Assembly (NCBI GenBank): GCA_964016885.1
Contig: OZ024745.1
Coordinates: forward strand, 106,144,001-106,208,000
From: Eledone cirrhosa
Taxonomy: Eukaryota
DNA length: 64,000 nucleotides
Direction: 5' to 3'
Numbering within the stretch: the stretch's first letter is position 1; each line of letters starts with the position of its first letter. Positions 40,178-55,082 of this stretch are shown one piece after another. The notes under the pieces were generated by a model, which saw only the letters and a program-made list of their open reading frames with translations, made no database searches and had not been told where the DNA came from. The position numbers and the translations under genes were made by a program.

Positions 40178-41699
40178 TAACTAAACTACTGAGAAATAGG
40201 GTCAGACTCTTTATCTCCTCTACCCACAATATAACATTGATATTCGTTGGAGTATTTCCTTCAGTAGATCTTTTTTCAATCGGGTTTTCTATTGGCCACA
40301 ATTGCATACGAATCAAATAAATCTTCTTCACACAACCTACTAAAAGGTTCTTTGGTTTAAAATTCATTTGTATCTTCCTTAAATTATCCACCAATAATTA
40401 TTTTTATGTCTTTTCTCACTGTTTTATACCCTAACGTATCGTTAATATTATTCATATATAGCTTAGCAACTGATGCAAAAATATGTGAATCCGCGTCGCC
40501 AATATGAGATTTCATGTTCGATTCCCCTGTGCAGCATCGCATTATTTCTAATCGAATCATGCCTATGAATGAATTTGAGTATACGGAGGCTGTTTATTGG
40601 TCCATGGAAATGTTTGCAACTATTATTCAGAGGTCTGCCCTGATCACATTAAGCTATCGGGACTGTGTCAAACATTTAGGTTCAGGGTATTCGTGTTTCG
40701 AGTATACGGTATACTCTACTACTTATATATTCATTGAATGAACAGGACTTCTGAATGCTCATCATGGAAACCGACAGAGGATCCAGGAGTAGCAGAAGCT
40801 ACATATATGTGTAATATTTATTCACTCTATCCCAGAAGTAAATCTAGATTACATCTCTCAATCACTAATCATTCCTCAATACTTTTAGCAAACCTTCTCC
40901 CAGATTCCCTGGACAATAGACGGTGTGTCAAATGGAACTAGCGTTGATTTTCTACGATCCACTCAGATACAATTATCCTCCCTATCACCATCATCATTAT
41001 CAACACCACCATCATCATCAACATAACCTACACCCATACCATCACCATTATTATCACGTACTCTACGATAAGAAATCATTTCTACAGTTTTCAAAATGGT
41101 TATAAGGTTTTTTTAACTGATAAAAGTGTTTTATACACAATACCAGCACATCATTTGCTTTGTACGATGCTGGCATTTTTTTGTGTCCATATTACATATT
41201 CTGCATGTTTTTTTTCTTTTCTTTTCTGTTTCAGGAATTTCCTATCTGCAAACCTTTTCACTCCTTTTCCCAGATATTATTGTTATCTAAGCAAGCCACA
41301 TAAATTAATGTACAATTCATTGCCATCACATATTTTATAATTATGTTTAGTCAGTTTTCACTTAGCTTTTTCTTTTCTTTTCTGTATATTCTTACAAGAA
41401 TCAAAACATTGTTATTTTTTCACAACTTTTATTCTCTCATTTTTCTTATATCTATGTATAAGCATTGATAATTTGATTTTTTTGAGAAAGATGCAAAGTG
41501 GTATACGACGAACCAATAACTAAGTAGGCGGTTTGACTCACAAGAGATTCTGTTTTCATGGGTAAATTGTATTTTCTTGTTTGGTGATCTTTGACAATAT
41601 GGACGAATCGCTTTAATTTCCTTACCTGTGAATCAGCATTTTCGCGAGAATTTTCAGTTATCCCCGAATAAATGTGTATTCTATATGCTAAACTAGTGC

Positions 41700-42850
41700 A
41701 AAAAGGTTTTCATTACTTTATTGTTCATTGTTCGGTCTTACCATATACAGGTTATGTCGAGGATACTAACATGACAATTTGTAACCCAATTTTCATCTGG
41801 GTTACAAAAAATTGTTTTTTTGTTATCTCGGTTATGTTCTCTTTGTTTTTACAATTGTCTACTAGCTCGTTATTTGCTTTATATTTGCTGAAATCTTGAA
41901 GATGTAAAACTTTCAATATGTTCCAATTTTTCCTCTTTTATATATATGTGTGTAGTCCTTTAATATATATCTTTGTTTTCAACTACTGAAGTCTTTTTCT
42001 TCTTTGAATTTGTGGTAAATATATTTCAAAGTTAAATTTTAGGCATTGTATTTTGAATGTAGACCATTTTTTTTTATCTGTTCTTGCTAATTCATTTAGC
42101 TTTCAGTTGAAAATACTATAAATGTAATTTATTACTGTAACAGCTAAATTATTGATACCTTTTTTCTTATTTTTAGCAATTAGTTCTGTTTTAAGTATTA
42201 ATCTATTGCATTTTTAATGTATTTTCTCGCCTATTATATTTTGTACACAGTCTAGTTCATTGATTCCTAAATATATCCGTGATCTAATTATTTTATCACA
42301 GTTTCTTTATCTTATATATTTATATTACTGTTTGTTTTTTTAATTAGTTTACGTCTTTTCTGTGGTGTTGGTGCATTATTTTAAAGTGAATTTCCTTCCA
42401 AATTCCACCGGACTGAATCTGTGTATTATGTAAAACGGAGTGTTTACGTAAGTATCATCTTCAGAAAATAACTTAATATCATCGATGTATAAGAGAAGAT
42501 GAACTGTCAATTCATGATATGATCGTGTCTGATATCCAAGAAGGAGGGTCCATTTCAAAATGTTCTCCTTTAATGGGGATCTGATTCATTTTTAGATACC
42601 ACTTTTTTGCTTCGATTTGTAAAGTAATCATTTAATAAACTCATGGCATGTTTGATACCACTGCTGTTTCTCAGTTATACTTTATACATGGTTAACGTTC
42701 CTGAAGGATTAAGTGGGTTAAACCGTGTTAAATCGTAAGCTTCTCTGCGATTAGTTATTTTACTGGTTGTGTTTATCATTACCATAACTGGCGTATCGAT
42801 TATTACTAACAGGGTTTTTACTTTCATTCTCATTGAAGGTGTTTAAGCTT
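41700..42850 (-). mobile_element. Highly decayed R4/Dong-like RT region
   Basis: HLLLYIDDIKLF, then YLGI and LKTELIAKNKKKGIN remnants. Confidence 0.55.
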
Positions 42851-43049
42851 TGAGAGATGTTCGACTTCTTTTCTGTGCAAGTTTCTCTTTGGTACAGATC
42901 GAACTATACATGGAAGTATATCAATTTTCTTTCTCATCATTGATTATAATCTCTACGTAGATATTCTAATCCTTTTACCTGTTTCTACTGCGTTATAAAT
43001 GATTACTGAAGCCATTTCATAGCCATATACAGACTTTTTTCTACGACCT

Positions 43050-43790
43050 TTGTTCAGTGTTACTGCCAATACCCTTAGTAGATATAGCTGTCTGGTATGT
43101 CTTGGGAAGGAATTCACAGCGAAAATGTCAATATGTTTCTTTATAACTTTGCAGTTTATGGTAGTCTCTTGTTTCATTTAAGGGACAGCAAAAACGTACT
43201 ATTTTTACTATCGACACCTATTGAAACATCAGGAGTTATACGCCTTTTTAGCCGTTATACACATGGAACCACAGACCACATGTATCCTACATATGACCAT
43301 ATTTCCATGCCAAAATCGATCTCTTCAGTAATCTGCGGGCACAATACCCAACCAATTGCATAGCCATAGTCAACGTCTTTATCTATCACTGATGGACGAA
43401 GAAGCATCCAGATAGAGTCAGTTGATGATGAGTGTTCATAATGTCTGTTGTTCGGTTATATATACAGAAATGTGGGATATTCAATATGAGACTAAATAGG
43501 ACGTATAGTGAGGAGTTTCGTTACTGGAGCCTAAAAGCATCGTTGCAGATTCACAAAGCTTACAAAAACCAGCGTAGGGAAATTAAATGAAGTTTGATGG
43601 AATTTATCGGCGACAATCTGTGGTGAGATTTTCTGAAAAGGGCCATTAAAATAGTATCAGTGAAAGATCAAAGTGTGTAATGATTGTGCGATGCGTGGTT
43701 ATTCAGTAGATTAGAATAACCAATTGGAAAAGATCACCGAAAGGTGCACTCACTCAGATATATCTTCCATGAAAAACACAATAGTTACAT
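43050..43790 (+). mobile_element. Possible decayed piggyBac transposase C-terminal region
   Basis: RDSKNVLFLLST..RY resembles piggyBac W.D.K.V..LST. Weak. Confidence 0.3.
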
Positions 43791-44611
43791 TTTTGTTGCT
43801 AAGATGCATGTTTTCAGATATAAGGGAGCGAAAACCGTTTGAAGGATCCATGTGAGAAGAAATGCACATAATATAATTTGGGAGATTTTTGTTAAGTATA
43901 ATATTCAATCCATGCAAATGTGTGAAGTTTTCCAGCAACAATTTGCCTGAGCATTTGGATTTAATGGTAGAAGGAAGACGATAGAATTTAGTACCTACCA
44001 CAATGGCCTGCTGTGGCTTTCCGCAAAAAGAGTGCTATGATCCGAAATCTTAATGAAGCCATTGAAGTGTGATTGACTTTGACTGTAAGTCCAATGGACG
44101 GTAAGCATGGATACATGCCAGATTTGCTGGCTCCTCAAATGGCTTACGCTTCAATCTCTGAATATTTGCAACATTTTCAACTGTTTACCGAGAGCTAAAT
44201 TAGTATTACGCAGAAGATAGGGAAACATTGTGTTTCAAATTAAACCAACTATACTCATGAATGATCATGAATTATTGTAAAAGACACAGATTGCAAAAAG
44301 AAATGATGTGGTGGTTGGTGCCCACCTATTAGAGATCTAGCCGTTAGAGCTATACCAGTACTTTCTTTTCGCGAGGATATGAAAAATATAGAGAAGCATG
44401 GCGTCCGACCCTCATTCCCCCGATACTGCCAATTCATAATACGTGTTTGTAAGAATGTGTATTGTATAAGGCCCCTTTTTATTTATCTGTGTTTGTCTAG
44501 CCCCACAAATGTTGTCACTCCTATGTATACATATTCAAGTATATGTACGACAGAGCCTTGATGGTAAGAATAAAATTAAAAAAATATGATTAATAGTTCT
44601 ATTCTTCGCAT

Positions 44612-44910
44612 TTGACTTTGCCTTTCATCCTTACGGGGTCGATAAAATAAAGTACCAGTAATGCACTGGGTAATTGCTGGCCTTGTGCCTAAAGTAGAAA
44701 CAATTATTATTGTTATTATTTTGGTGGATTGGCAGTACCGCTAGAGAGTCAGACACCATACTTTGCAGCATAGAGTTACGGCCCTTTATGGTCTGAATTT
44801 AAATCCTACCGAGGTTAACTTTGCTTTTCATCCTTACGGGGTCGATAACATAAAGTACCAGTAATGCACTGGGATAATAGCTGTCCTTGTACCAAAAGTA
44901 GAAACAATTA
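44612..44910 (+). mobile_element. Two Deu/Nin-like SINE copies (a minus-strand head fragment lies at 44375-44433)
   Basis: Match to the 4035 SINE. Confidence 0.85.
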
Positions 44911-45475
44911 TTTACAAAATATTGTTTTTCACCTTCGTCGAGAGTGAAGACATCCTTAAACCGAAGGACTAGCCTGAATTCTTGCAAAAAAGTTAAATTT
45001 ACTAAAGGCACTCATAATATTAATAATATTAATCCGGGTATCGGATTGTGTATGCTACCTAGAAACCTATAATGCAAAAAGCTGAAAACAATAATGCAAG
45101 ACATCTCATCCGATAGTCTATCAAATCGGCCAAACATCGAACTGCTACTTCATTTTGTCGACTCAGAATGATAGAGATAAATTTGATCTCGATTGGGTAT
45201 CAATTCAGAATGCAGAGCGCCAGAATATATACCTCAATAGATTTTGTTTTATTCGTTTTATTTTATTAATACCATTAATATTTCTATATTTTTCTTTTCG
45301 ATTTCCTCTTTGTTTTTCTCCTGTTCTTGGTAGTCATTGTAATTCAGGATAATAACAAAAAATAAAATCCTCAACCATCCAGGTTAAGTTTGTTAGCGTG
45401 GTAAGAAAATATTATATTAAATAACGGGAAGTGAATTCATAGCAGTAGTAATATAATCACTATATTTGATCTTAC

Positions 45476-45552
<77 letters not shown>

Positions 45553-45570
45553 CCTCTCCCTCTCTCCCTC

Positions 45571-45693
<123 letters not shown>

Positions 45694-47539
45694 TACACAC
45701 TCTGTCTCTCACATACACACTCTGTCTCTCACATACACACTCTGTCTCTCACAAATCTAAATTGAAAGCACATGTTGCCAACAGTTTTAAACAAGTGAAC
45801 AAAGTCTGTATTATCCTAATGCTAACATCATTAAATTAAAAATCGTAGTATTAATGCTTGTTTATATTTGATCTTCTGTAATTAATAATATTTTGCAATG
45901 CTAAAACTCCAAATTGTCTCATCCATAGAAAAAGAGAAGTGAACCATCACGCTTCATTCCACTAAAAATTCGCATCTAATGCCATGTAATCTATCTAATG
46001 CCATTTCCGGTGAATTTACATAATAGGTATACTTCCCTGAATATGCTAAAACTCCATTGAGTAAATCGCTATAGTAAAGCGATTATAATGACACAATCAT
46101 TTCATAGACAGTGTTTATTTCAGCTACAAATAACTAATCCTTTAGAGCTATTGATGGTTTCTTTGAAAGTGCGTTGTTTGTTTCACTGAGATGGTTAACA
46201 CATCAATCGATATATTTCCAACTGAGAAAATTATTTTTACGTTATACCATAAGAGTGTAATTAGGATGGTTGCCTCACAACCGTGTGGTACTATAGTCGA
46301 CCCCCTCTGTGGAGTATCATAGGTTATATATATATTGTTATCGCTAAAATACTGTCGTGTAAGCTAATTTTAGAAGTCAGTTTTTGTGGAGCGAGAACTG
46401 TGGTAAAAGTTGAAAGAAGAGCTTTGTTGTTTTATATAGTGAATACTACATTTGCTTCTAAACAAAATATTTAAATATATTCTGAAAAGCAAAAAGAGAG
46501 TCCTTACGTATTTACTCAGCCTGCTAGATATAATAACTGAATATCCTTCAAACCGAGAAGGGAAAGTATTGTTACATAATGTAATCTTAGATATCATAAA
46601 AGTGTTAGATTTTTCCCGGGGACGAAATAACAAGTTTCTATCAAACGATTAAACAAAGAAGCGTGTGTGGATTCAGTTAACCTGCAAGAATTAGTAGCAA
46701 AATATCTCTCAAATCACACGTTAACTCATTTCTAAAATGAAAGACAGATTGACCTAATGTAGTTCATATAAAAATGTCTGAATATAAGAACAGATGATTG
46801 TGAAGCTGATGGGGGTACAACAACAGCTTCCCATCAGATATTTCGTCGAACCTCCGGATTACAGTGTCGGTGCCCTTACTTAGAATATATGTCGCTTCCT
46901 TTTGCCACACTCATTGCGTTTCCGTATTTAACTTCGCTATCAAGTAACTTGTATATTCTTTCTTCAATTAATCTATTCGCATCAGGTACAGATGCTGAGA
47001 AATGAGCTTACTCTACATTATGCAACACCTTCTTCCCATCTTCAAGGATACATTCCTTGTATAATAATAAAATAAATATGAAACAAATCTTGCAGAGAGA
47101 AAATAAAACCATTTCTGTATGAATCTAACTTTCCTGTATTTCATTGATCAGTTGCTGCCTTAAAGCCATAACCATTTAACTTCGGTGCATTTCTGAAATA
47201 TATTATTACTTGTTTTGTTACATTTGTCGCGAATATATTCAACTCGTGGAGATTCTTATATATATATATATATATTTTTTTTTTATATCTTGATTGCTGT
47301 CTTTGTTTGTGTTATTATCGTCATCATCATTATTGTTCGCCCTTTTGGTGTTGTTATTGTTGTTATTGTTGTCATCATCCTCATCATCATCACTGTTAGT
47401 GTTGTGTTCATCGTCACCGTTGTTATTATTGCTGTTACAGCAAATCTTTACGATATGGATAGTTAGTGAATAGCCTGGAATTCCATATATTCCTTATGTT
47501 TCGTTGTTTTATTGTTCAAAAGGAGTCTAAGCTGTAGCT

Positions 47540-47800
47540 ATCTCATCTTTGTATTGGACATAACGACTCGAGTGTCCGCAAAGAAGCTCGAGAATTTCTT
47601 CCTTTTCTGGTTTGGTGCTTCTTCAATGTGAACATTTCCTAATGCAAGATAACATAAACATACATTTAGCGTTGAACTGCATATTTCTCGACACATATTT
47701 AATATTAGATGACCAGCCCAGCATGCTTGGTGTCTGTGTACAACAGGTTTAACAGTCTTAAGCTTTGAACATTCTAATATAAATCTATCTAAATAGCACA
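47540..47800 (-). mobile_element. Decayed RTE-like 3' fragment
   Basis: HRHQACWAGHL resembles QLRWAGHV. Confidence 0.45.
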
Positions 47801-49184
47801 TAAATAGGTGTAATAATATTTTATCAAGAATACTTATTTTTACTTAGAAAACATAAAAACAATTATAATACATTTTGTAACAGAATAGCTGACAAAATTG
47901 TGAAATGTAATAACTTTAAAACAATTCTACACGAGTATTTAGGAAAGACGGCCAACCTATATTAAAATAGATAACATTTGTTTCATCTTCTGAAAATGAC
48001 AGTTTATTGTTTATTTAAGTACTTCCCCATTTCTGTCTTTTTCTCTCTTCAGATTTCTTCAAAAATCATTTTCTTTTTTAATATCTTTCCGTTTCTTTTG
48101 TTTTTTTTTCCTTTATACATAAGTTATTTCTATATCCTTAAGAACATTTTGGATTTTTTTTTTCGTTTTCCATCTTATTGATATTATATACAATTTTGAC
48201 AAATAGATACTCTATAATCTGTGATAGAATATTCTTTTTTCTGTATTCTTTTTATAAATCCGAAAAAATTGTGTTTAAATTCTGATGTTACTAAAACAAG
48301 TTTATGTTTCTAAAGTTAGCCTTGCTTCAGAACACTTTTCTCCATTCTGTCAATATCATTATCACTAGCAAAAATATTTCATGAAGTATTAATTTAAGTT
48401 GCGTTCAGATTTCAAATTCTTCCGTAGTCTATAAATAAAAGTACTACTCTGGAGCGTTGGAATAAATGAAATCTATCGAATGTCGGATAGCATAACTTGG
48501 GGTATTTGTTATGGCTCATTGCGTTCTTTAAAACTTGATTTAGCTTTCTTTCGTGGTAGACGTAACCGGTCATCCGATTATCCCCCACCATCTGGCTCTT
48601 AACGGAGTCCACTCTTTTAGAAATATTCACACCAGGTAATAAGTTCGAGGGTATTTTCCTCCCTCACTTGTAAATATCATAACCTTCTGCGTAAGTGGTA
48701 GAAATAGGAGAAGTCCTTAAATATCGACAATACTGGACAAACAGCTGCTTAATATTGTCGCAGGCATATTGTGTACTTCAGTAATTCACGTGGATCAAAG
48801 TTTAATCTCGCAGCAAGGTATCTGGAGGCATCTTCTACCAGATTCTCGGGTCAGACCAAATTATTGGTGGACTTGCTTAGACGGGTATATGTGTAGAATC
48901 ATGACGGCTGGCCTCCACATGTTGTTGGCTATAAATGCATTCCATCACCAGGTTTAAAATTGTTATCTCATTCTTTAGTACCTTGTGTGATCAATCTGCT
49001 TTATATAGTCAAGCAGGTATCTAGTCTGAGAATAATCCACAAATTCCTATTTATTTTTTCTTTTCTTTCACAAATTTCGGCGGCGCTACAAATAAACGCT
49101 GCCAAAATCAATGCATTATTACTATCTTTTGAGAGTAAACCTTTCAAATTGCACACAATTAAACATCCCAGTCTAATTTGCAAA

Positions 49185-49410
49185 ACGACTGCGAGCCACA
49201 CAAATGTCGCTACGGACCCACCGTAGATTAGACCGTGGGAGCCACAAAAGGCCAGACGGCCTAGGACCACCTCCCTTCTCACCACCAACGGCACAGAGCT
49301 GGTTACATGCAAGAGTGTGCCTCGCGAGCTGGAATTGTTGTTCTAACGCATCTCTCTCACCATCTTGCGGAGAAAAGCCTTCGCTATTCTGTTTGCCGGG
49401 ACCGCAGGAC
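49185..49410 (+). mobile_element. CRE-clade fragment, internally deleted
   Basis: Homologous to pieces of 49790-51145 in the opposite orientation. Confidence 0.6.
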
Positions 49411-49789
49411 GGCCAGCGCGTGAGAGTAGGGAGTGTGGGAGAGACGGAGACGGTGATATTGGGAATTGGTTCCTCTGTGTTCGGACCTCTCTCTCCCTCT
49501 CTCTCTCTCTTTCTCACTCTCATGCCTACGCTGAAGAGCAGATATCACTCTGCCAGGTTTAAAGTTGTTTCCCAAGACACATCGTATATCACGACGGCTC
49601 TCTTACGATTTCCCCTGGAGTTACAGATTCATACATTCATGATTGACTATATTAGATTGAGATTTGAATAGTATTTCACAGTGACGAACAAAAATCTACT
49701 TTCTTTATATAAGCATTTCAGTTTCATATACGTATTCATTTAAGTATTAGGACAATGGGATCGATGAGTTAATATCTGTATACAACAAC

Positions 49790-51145
49790 TACAACGGTAC
49801 CACAGCCCCGGCGGACAGAATGGAGAAGGCGTTTCCCCGGAGGACGGCAAGGGAGGCGCACTGGAAAAGCCACTCCAACTCGCGGGGCTCACACCTGCGG
49901 TTGGCCAGCTCAGCCCCTATGGTGGTGAGTAAGGAGGTAGCCCTGGGGCCGAGGACACCAGAAGTCTCCACTGCCAGGGCACGACCGCAAACATGTCGGA
50001 GAGCGACTTGTATTTGAGGAGTTTGCCCCCTCAGCCCGAATTGCAGCAGAACCTGGGTCAGTCGCAGACTGCACCAGGTTGCGGCTGCAGAAAGCGTCGG
50101 TGAAAGTGGCATCCCAGACGAGGGGTTTGCCGCTGCGGAACGGGAAGTTGGTCATGCCATCTGGCCGTTTGCCGTCCCCTCGATCCAGCCCCACCGGCTC
50201 GAGCTGGGAAAGGAAGCCTACAACGTCAAAGCCATGCTTAATGACCGCGTTGAGGGTAGCATGGCGTGGAAGGCGGCCGGCACTGTGGTGACAGAAAAGC
50301 GAGTGGAGGCCGAAAGGGTCCACGGTGGAACCGCAGCGACATTGGTGTGGCTGGCAGATCCGGAGGCCGAGCCTCAGAGAACGCCGATTCGCAGGCTATG
50401 GTTGTCTAGCTGCATGCCTGTGGAGAAGGAGGGCAGGGCATGGAGCCAGGCACCACTGTGGGGTTTGGAGGCCGCACGAAAACAATCAAGGCAGTGCTGG
50501 TCGAGCTGGCACGTGAGCCTGTCTGAGGCCAGGCTGCACTGGATGGCATTGGGGATGGCATTGGGGATGGCATTGGGGAGACTTGACGTCAAAAGAGGGA
50601 GAAGGAGGAGGGACGTCTACTGGGCTACGTCCCAGCCGGTCCCACGACTTACAGGCGGCCTCACGTTCTCTGAACACAGAGGGTTCTGTTGTGCTTTGAA
50701 GAACCCTACTGACGAGGACGCGGTACCTGGTTACTGACGAAAGATACACTGGCAAAGCTAGTGAAATCGGGGACCGGAGGCCAAGGCCGTCAGTCATACC
50801 TGACAGGTAAAGTGACCTGTTGCCACCGTAAGTCGTCAAACTTGACGTTTCATATCTCTTCGGCTGCTGCTCGGATACAAGTATCGAGGTCAGCGAGGAG
50901 ATTTGTCTGGGTGTAGCATGGAGCGCTGCGGAGTGTATAGAGGAGCGTCGGCATGGCGAAGCAGTTCCTCAGCAGAAAGAAAGCTGGGTGGCCGTTAATC
51001 AAGCCCAGTCGGTTCGTGAGAGTCTGGAGCTGTTGAAGCCTGGACCTGATGGTGGAGCGGATGGCCGGCGGGTGGATCGGTGACCCGAAGATGAGGACAT
51101 CCTCTTTGGGGATCACCTGAACAAGACGGAGGCTGCAAAGCATTT
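49790..51145 (-). mobile_element. CRE-clade non-LTR retrotransposon, 3' 1.35 kb, frameshifted
   Basis: LLYTLRSAP, GLGLRS, SGAWLHALP, zinc knuckle plus RH..LN, GDGKRPDG..LVWDAT (RLE), AVETSG.LG and LRGNA. Confidence 0.85.
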
Positions 51146-51574
51146 CAGATGTATTCGGATAGGTATCGCTAAGATATGAACTACAAAACATTGTTTTCAA
51201 TGTAAGGCACAGTCAAGTGATGAAATTAGGTTGCACAGTGGTACATATGATTACGGAGTGGATATGTAAAGTGTGTTTACAATTTTTTTCAATCAATAAC
51301 TATAACATTATGATCCCCGACATATAAATATCGATTCCTAGGAAATAACAGTCAATTTTATCATTATCAGTACATATCCAGAACTTGTTTAACTGGATTG
51401 AAGAAAGGCAAAATAGATATCTCCGAGTCTTGATCTCAAAATGTAATAAGATATAACTCTCTAATTATAAGCATTTAATCTGAAGATTTATCACCTCTTT
51501 ACTTCCTCGAATGCTTCATTGAAATACAAGAGTATTTAGTAATATCTTTGCAGGATTTAATACTGCAACATTAA

Positions 51575-51926
51575 TAGTTTCTACTTTAGGCACAAGGCCA
51601 GCAATTACCCAGTGCATTACTGGTACGTTATTTTATCGACCCCGTAAGGATGAAAGGCAAAGTTAACCTCGGCGGGATTTGAACTCAGAACGGCAAGGGC
51701 CGTAACTTTATGCGTCAAAGCTACATTAATATGCTTCATTGAAAATATTGTCTCTACTTTAGGCACAAGGCCAGCAATTACACAGTGCATTACTGGTACT
51801 TTATTTTATCGACCCCGTAAGGATGAAAGGCAAAGTCAACCTCGGCGGGATTTGAACTCAGATCGTAAAGGGACGTAACTATGCTGGAAAGCATGGCGTC
51901 CGACCCTCTACCGATACTGCCAATCC
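51575..51926 (-). mobile_element. Two Deu/Nin-like SINE copies
   Basis: Match to the 4035 SINE. Confidence 0.88.
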
Positions 51927-53059
51927 TTTAAAATATTAACACTAACATAGCTTAATAAGGCTGATTGATAGAACCAAGGTATGATAACCCATTTTGGTGG
52001 ACGAAGCATTTACACTAGAAAAATAATTTGTTGCAAATTCCAGTTATCACCATACGGTGCTCAAATATGTTCGAGAATACATAGAATAAATAAAATAAAT
52101 TCATAAAATTTTCATTTGTTCTCACAACAGAAAAGTACAGAACAATCATGAGATATTACTCACAGAATACTTTCAAACTAAAATAAACTGAGACTACTTC
52201 TCCAAAGAGAATGAGAAACCGCATCGGAGATTTGTGAAACTTTCAAATTATTTGTTGAGAAAGTGGAACGTATACGCATTTGATGTTTCACCATTTGTAA
52301 ATTTGTTAACACTTAAGAGAGCTATCAACTCACTATGCTGTCAAAAGAAGAGATTGCTTTCGAGATGAAGAGAATCGAATTAGATTTTTTCTGGCAGGCT
52401 TATATATACTCAATGTATTTACATCGACGCATTCTACCATTCATTTCCATGTAATAAGACTTGTGTTTGTTTCTGTAGACCATAATTGAAGATATTCTAA
52501 CTTAATTCACAGATTTTCGGTTTCCAAATGTATGGATTTCAAGAATATACATGGAAGTTATCAATAAACAAAGAGGCTCATTTTTAAACAGTGTTTTTGT
52601 TGTTTAGTCCTAGAACCTTGGTCAGCTCTAATCAAATATATCTATGATCCTTCCATCTACGACTATCCTGTTTTTTTGTGATTTTTGTTGTTTTTAACAT
52701 AGTAAGAGTTTATTTGTGATGTGGTGCCTACATCAAGTAAATGAAGCGACAAGAATAAGCTCCCTTGATCGCTCACATGAATATTTTGTTCAAGACACTC
52801 AATTCAATATGCTATTTCTTTCACGCACAACACATTTGATCATATTTTATTTATTCTTGTATTTTTTTTTTTTATCAAATAAACCACTGCAAATATATTG
52901 ATACAGACTATATATGCATGTATGTACATAAGTATGTATGTATGTATGTATGTATGTATGTATGTATGCCCCTCTTGCTCTTAACTTCGAGTACACTTTT
53001 GACCGGCCACCTTCCTGGTGGCAAGGTTGTAAAAGAAAAGAAATTGTCATCCCTTGAAT

Positions 53060-53520
53060 CGCAAGAATGTTTTGCAAATTTTGAAGGCAGCATCTATCGC
53101 AGCCATTTGTATTCTATAATTAGGGAGCTGCACTCTTTGTCCACACATCCAAGTTCAGTTATACTTTGGTCCAAGCGGGTTGGTATATAAACTGTAGCTC
53201 CAATGATGATGGGTATGAACCTGGGGTGTATTTTGGGTACTGGATCTGCAAACTCGTCATCAATGGTCCGTAGATGTCCTTCTCTTGTATTTTTCTTACA
53301 ACGTTGTCATCAAGTGGGCAGTTGATCTCTACAACAGAATACGTTTTCAATGTGTGGCCCCAAACGACAATATCAAGCCGGTTGTGCTTTAATTTGGTGG
53401 CAATTTATATTTTCAGGTTCCACCAGTATTCTTTAGTACCATTTATCTCAACATATTCCTCCTCATTTGTTTTTAATTTTGTTTTCCTAAGTGCGCTCAA
53501 GACGGTTCTTGCTATCTCAT
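53060..53520 (-). mobile_element. R4/Dong-like RLE domain fragment (second family)
   Basis: YWWN..KHNRLDIVVW..VVEINCP..IPIIIGA. Confidence 0.65.
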
Positions 53521-53521
53521 C

Positions 53522-53990
53522 GAAAAACCAAACCTGTCAAAGAGCAAAGAGCTCTTAAGAGTCAATGGCCATCCATTCACCGGGAGAGATGACCCCTTAG
53601 CCTTTGTCAAGGCAGAACTCTAGGAGAAGGAAAACTCTGATATAACACCTGCAAACCTGATGGTATCCAATGATGTTGACTTGTTCTTCTTTTTGGTAAA
53701 TATCATCTTGGTTAAGAGAGTGGGACTGGCTTTGTCCAGTGCCTTTGCTCACTATAAAAGCTTCACGGCACAGGCATTGCTTTATATCTGGAGATCTCTC
53801 TGCACTTGTCGTCACATGGTACCATGGGCCCAGCACTGTGTCAATAATTGTCACAAGTGTAGTGTTTGTACCAGAGTTTTCAAGTCGCTGGCTGGACTAA
53901 AAAGTCACACTCGTTCAGCGCATTGGTAGGGGTTCTCCTACATGGATATAAAGTAGTGGCCGTACTCGAAAACGAGTTGCAGCCACCATG
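53522..53990 (+). mobile_element. Bipartite RTE-derived non-autonomous element
   Basis: RTE 5'UTR-like head, zinc-finger-coding 3' end (CSVCTRVFKSLAGLKSHTRSAH) and (ATGT)n tail. Twin of 24640-25040. Confidence 0.7.
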
Positions 53991-54179
53991 TATGTATGTA
54001 TAAATACATGTATGTATATATATGAATGTATGCATGTATTTATTCAAGTATGTTCTAATTTTATTATTTTACAAATGTTCACCAAGAAAGAGATAGGCGC
54101 TTTTTAACATAGAACCATCACGCCTTCATTGGAATTTAGACAACATCAACTTGGTATATACGTGTGTATGTCTGGTATG

Positions 54180-54211
<32 letters not shown>

Positions 54212-54371
54212 AAGGTATGCATGTATGGGTGTTAATGCACGCGTGGATCTGGATGTTTTGGGGAATATGTATATGGATACGTGTTATTGTTTCTCTATGT
54301 ATACATGTGTATGTGTATATATAGTATGTGTACATGTATGTATGAAAACATGCATGCATGTATCTCTCTCC

Positions 54372-54437
<66 letters not shown>

Positions 54438-54864
54438 CTCTCTCTCTGTACCTATATATTATTCATTTATCAATACATCTGCGTATCTATCTATTTGTTT
54501 ATCCACATATTTATTTATCCTTCCACCTAGATAATTTATCTATTCATCTATTTATCTATATATCTATCTATTCACTTATTCATCTATGTAATCAACTTGG
54601 TGACAAACCCAGCATCTGTGAGGAAGGGATTGTAGGTTGTTGAAAATAATAAGAGAAATAAAGCAGTATTGGGTTGTTTTAATCTGTTGAGCATCGTTTT
54701 AAAACCACTTTACCTCAACTAGCCTAGCTTTAAATTACACCAAGTATCATATACCTGAAAACATCCTGAAAATTTACTTAGACAGATTTCTGCAAACGTC
54801 TTTGGTTAAGTTATTTGCATGTGGCTTTGTTTTGTGAAGTATACTCGTGTTTTTGTAGTCATTC

Positions 54865-55082
54865 GTTAGCGGTCGCTCTCCGACAGGTTTACGGTCGTAC
54901 CCTTGGCAGTGGAGACTTCTGGTGTCCTCGGCCCTAGGGCTATCTCCCTACTCACCACCATAGGCGCTGAGCTGACCAGCTGCAGGTGTGAGCCTCGCGA
55001 GTTGGAATGGTTCTTCCAGCTCATCCCCCTTACCATCCTCCGGGGAAACGCCTTCTCCATTCTGTCCGCCGGGGCTGTGGGG
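54865..55082 (+). mobile_element. CRE-clade 3' fragment
   Basis: AVETSGVLGP..LRGNAFSIL. Confidence 0.75.

Noticed and set aside
41210-41340. Strong splice acceptor (others at 38470 and 48030)
   Set aside because: There is no matching donor or coding signal, and pyrimidine runs are common in this DNA.
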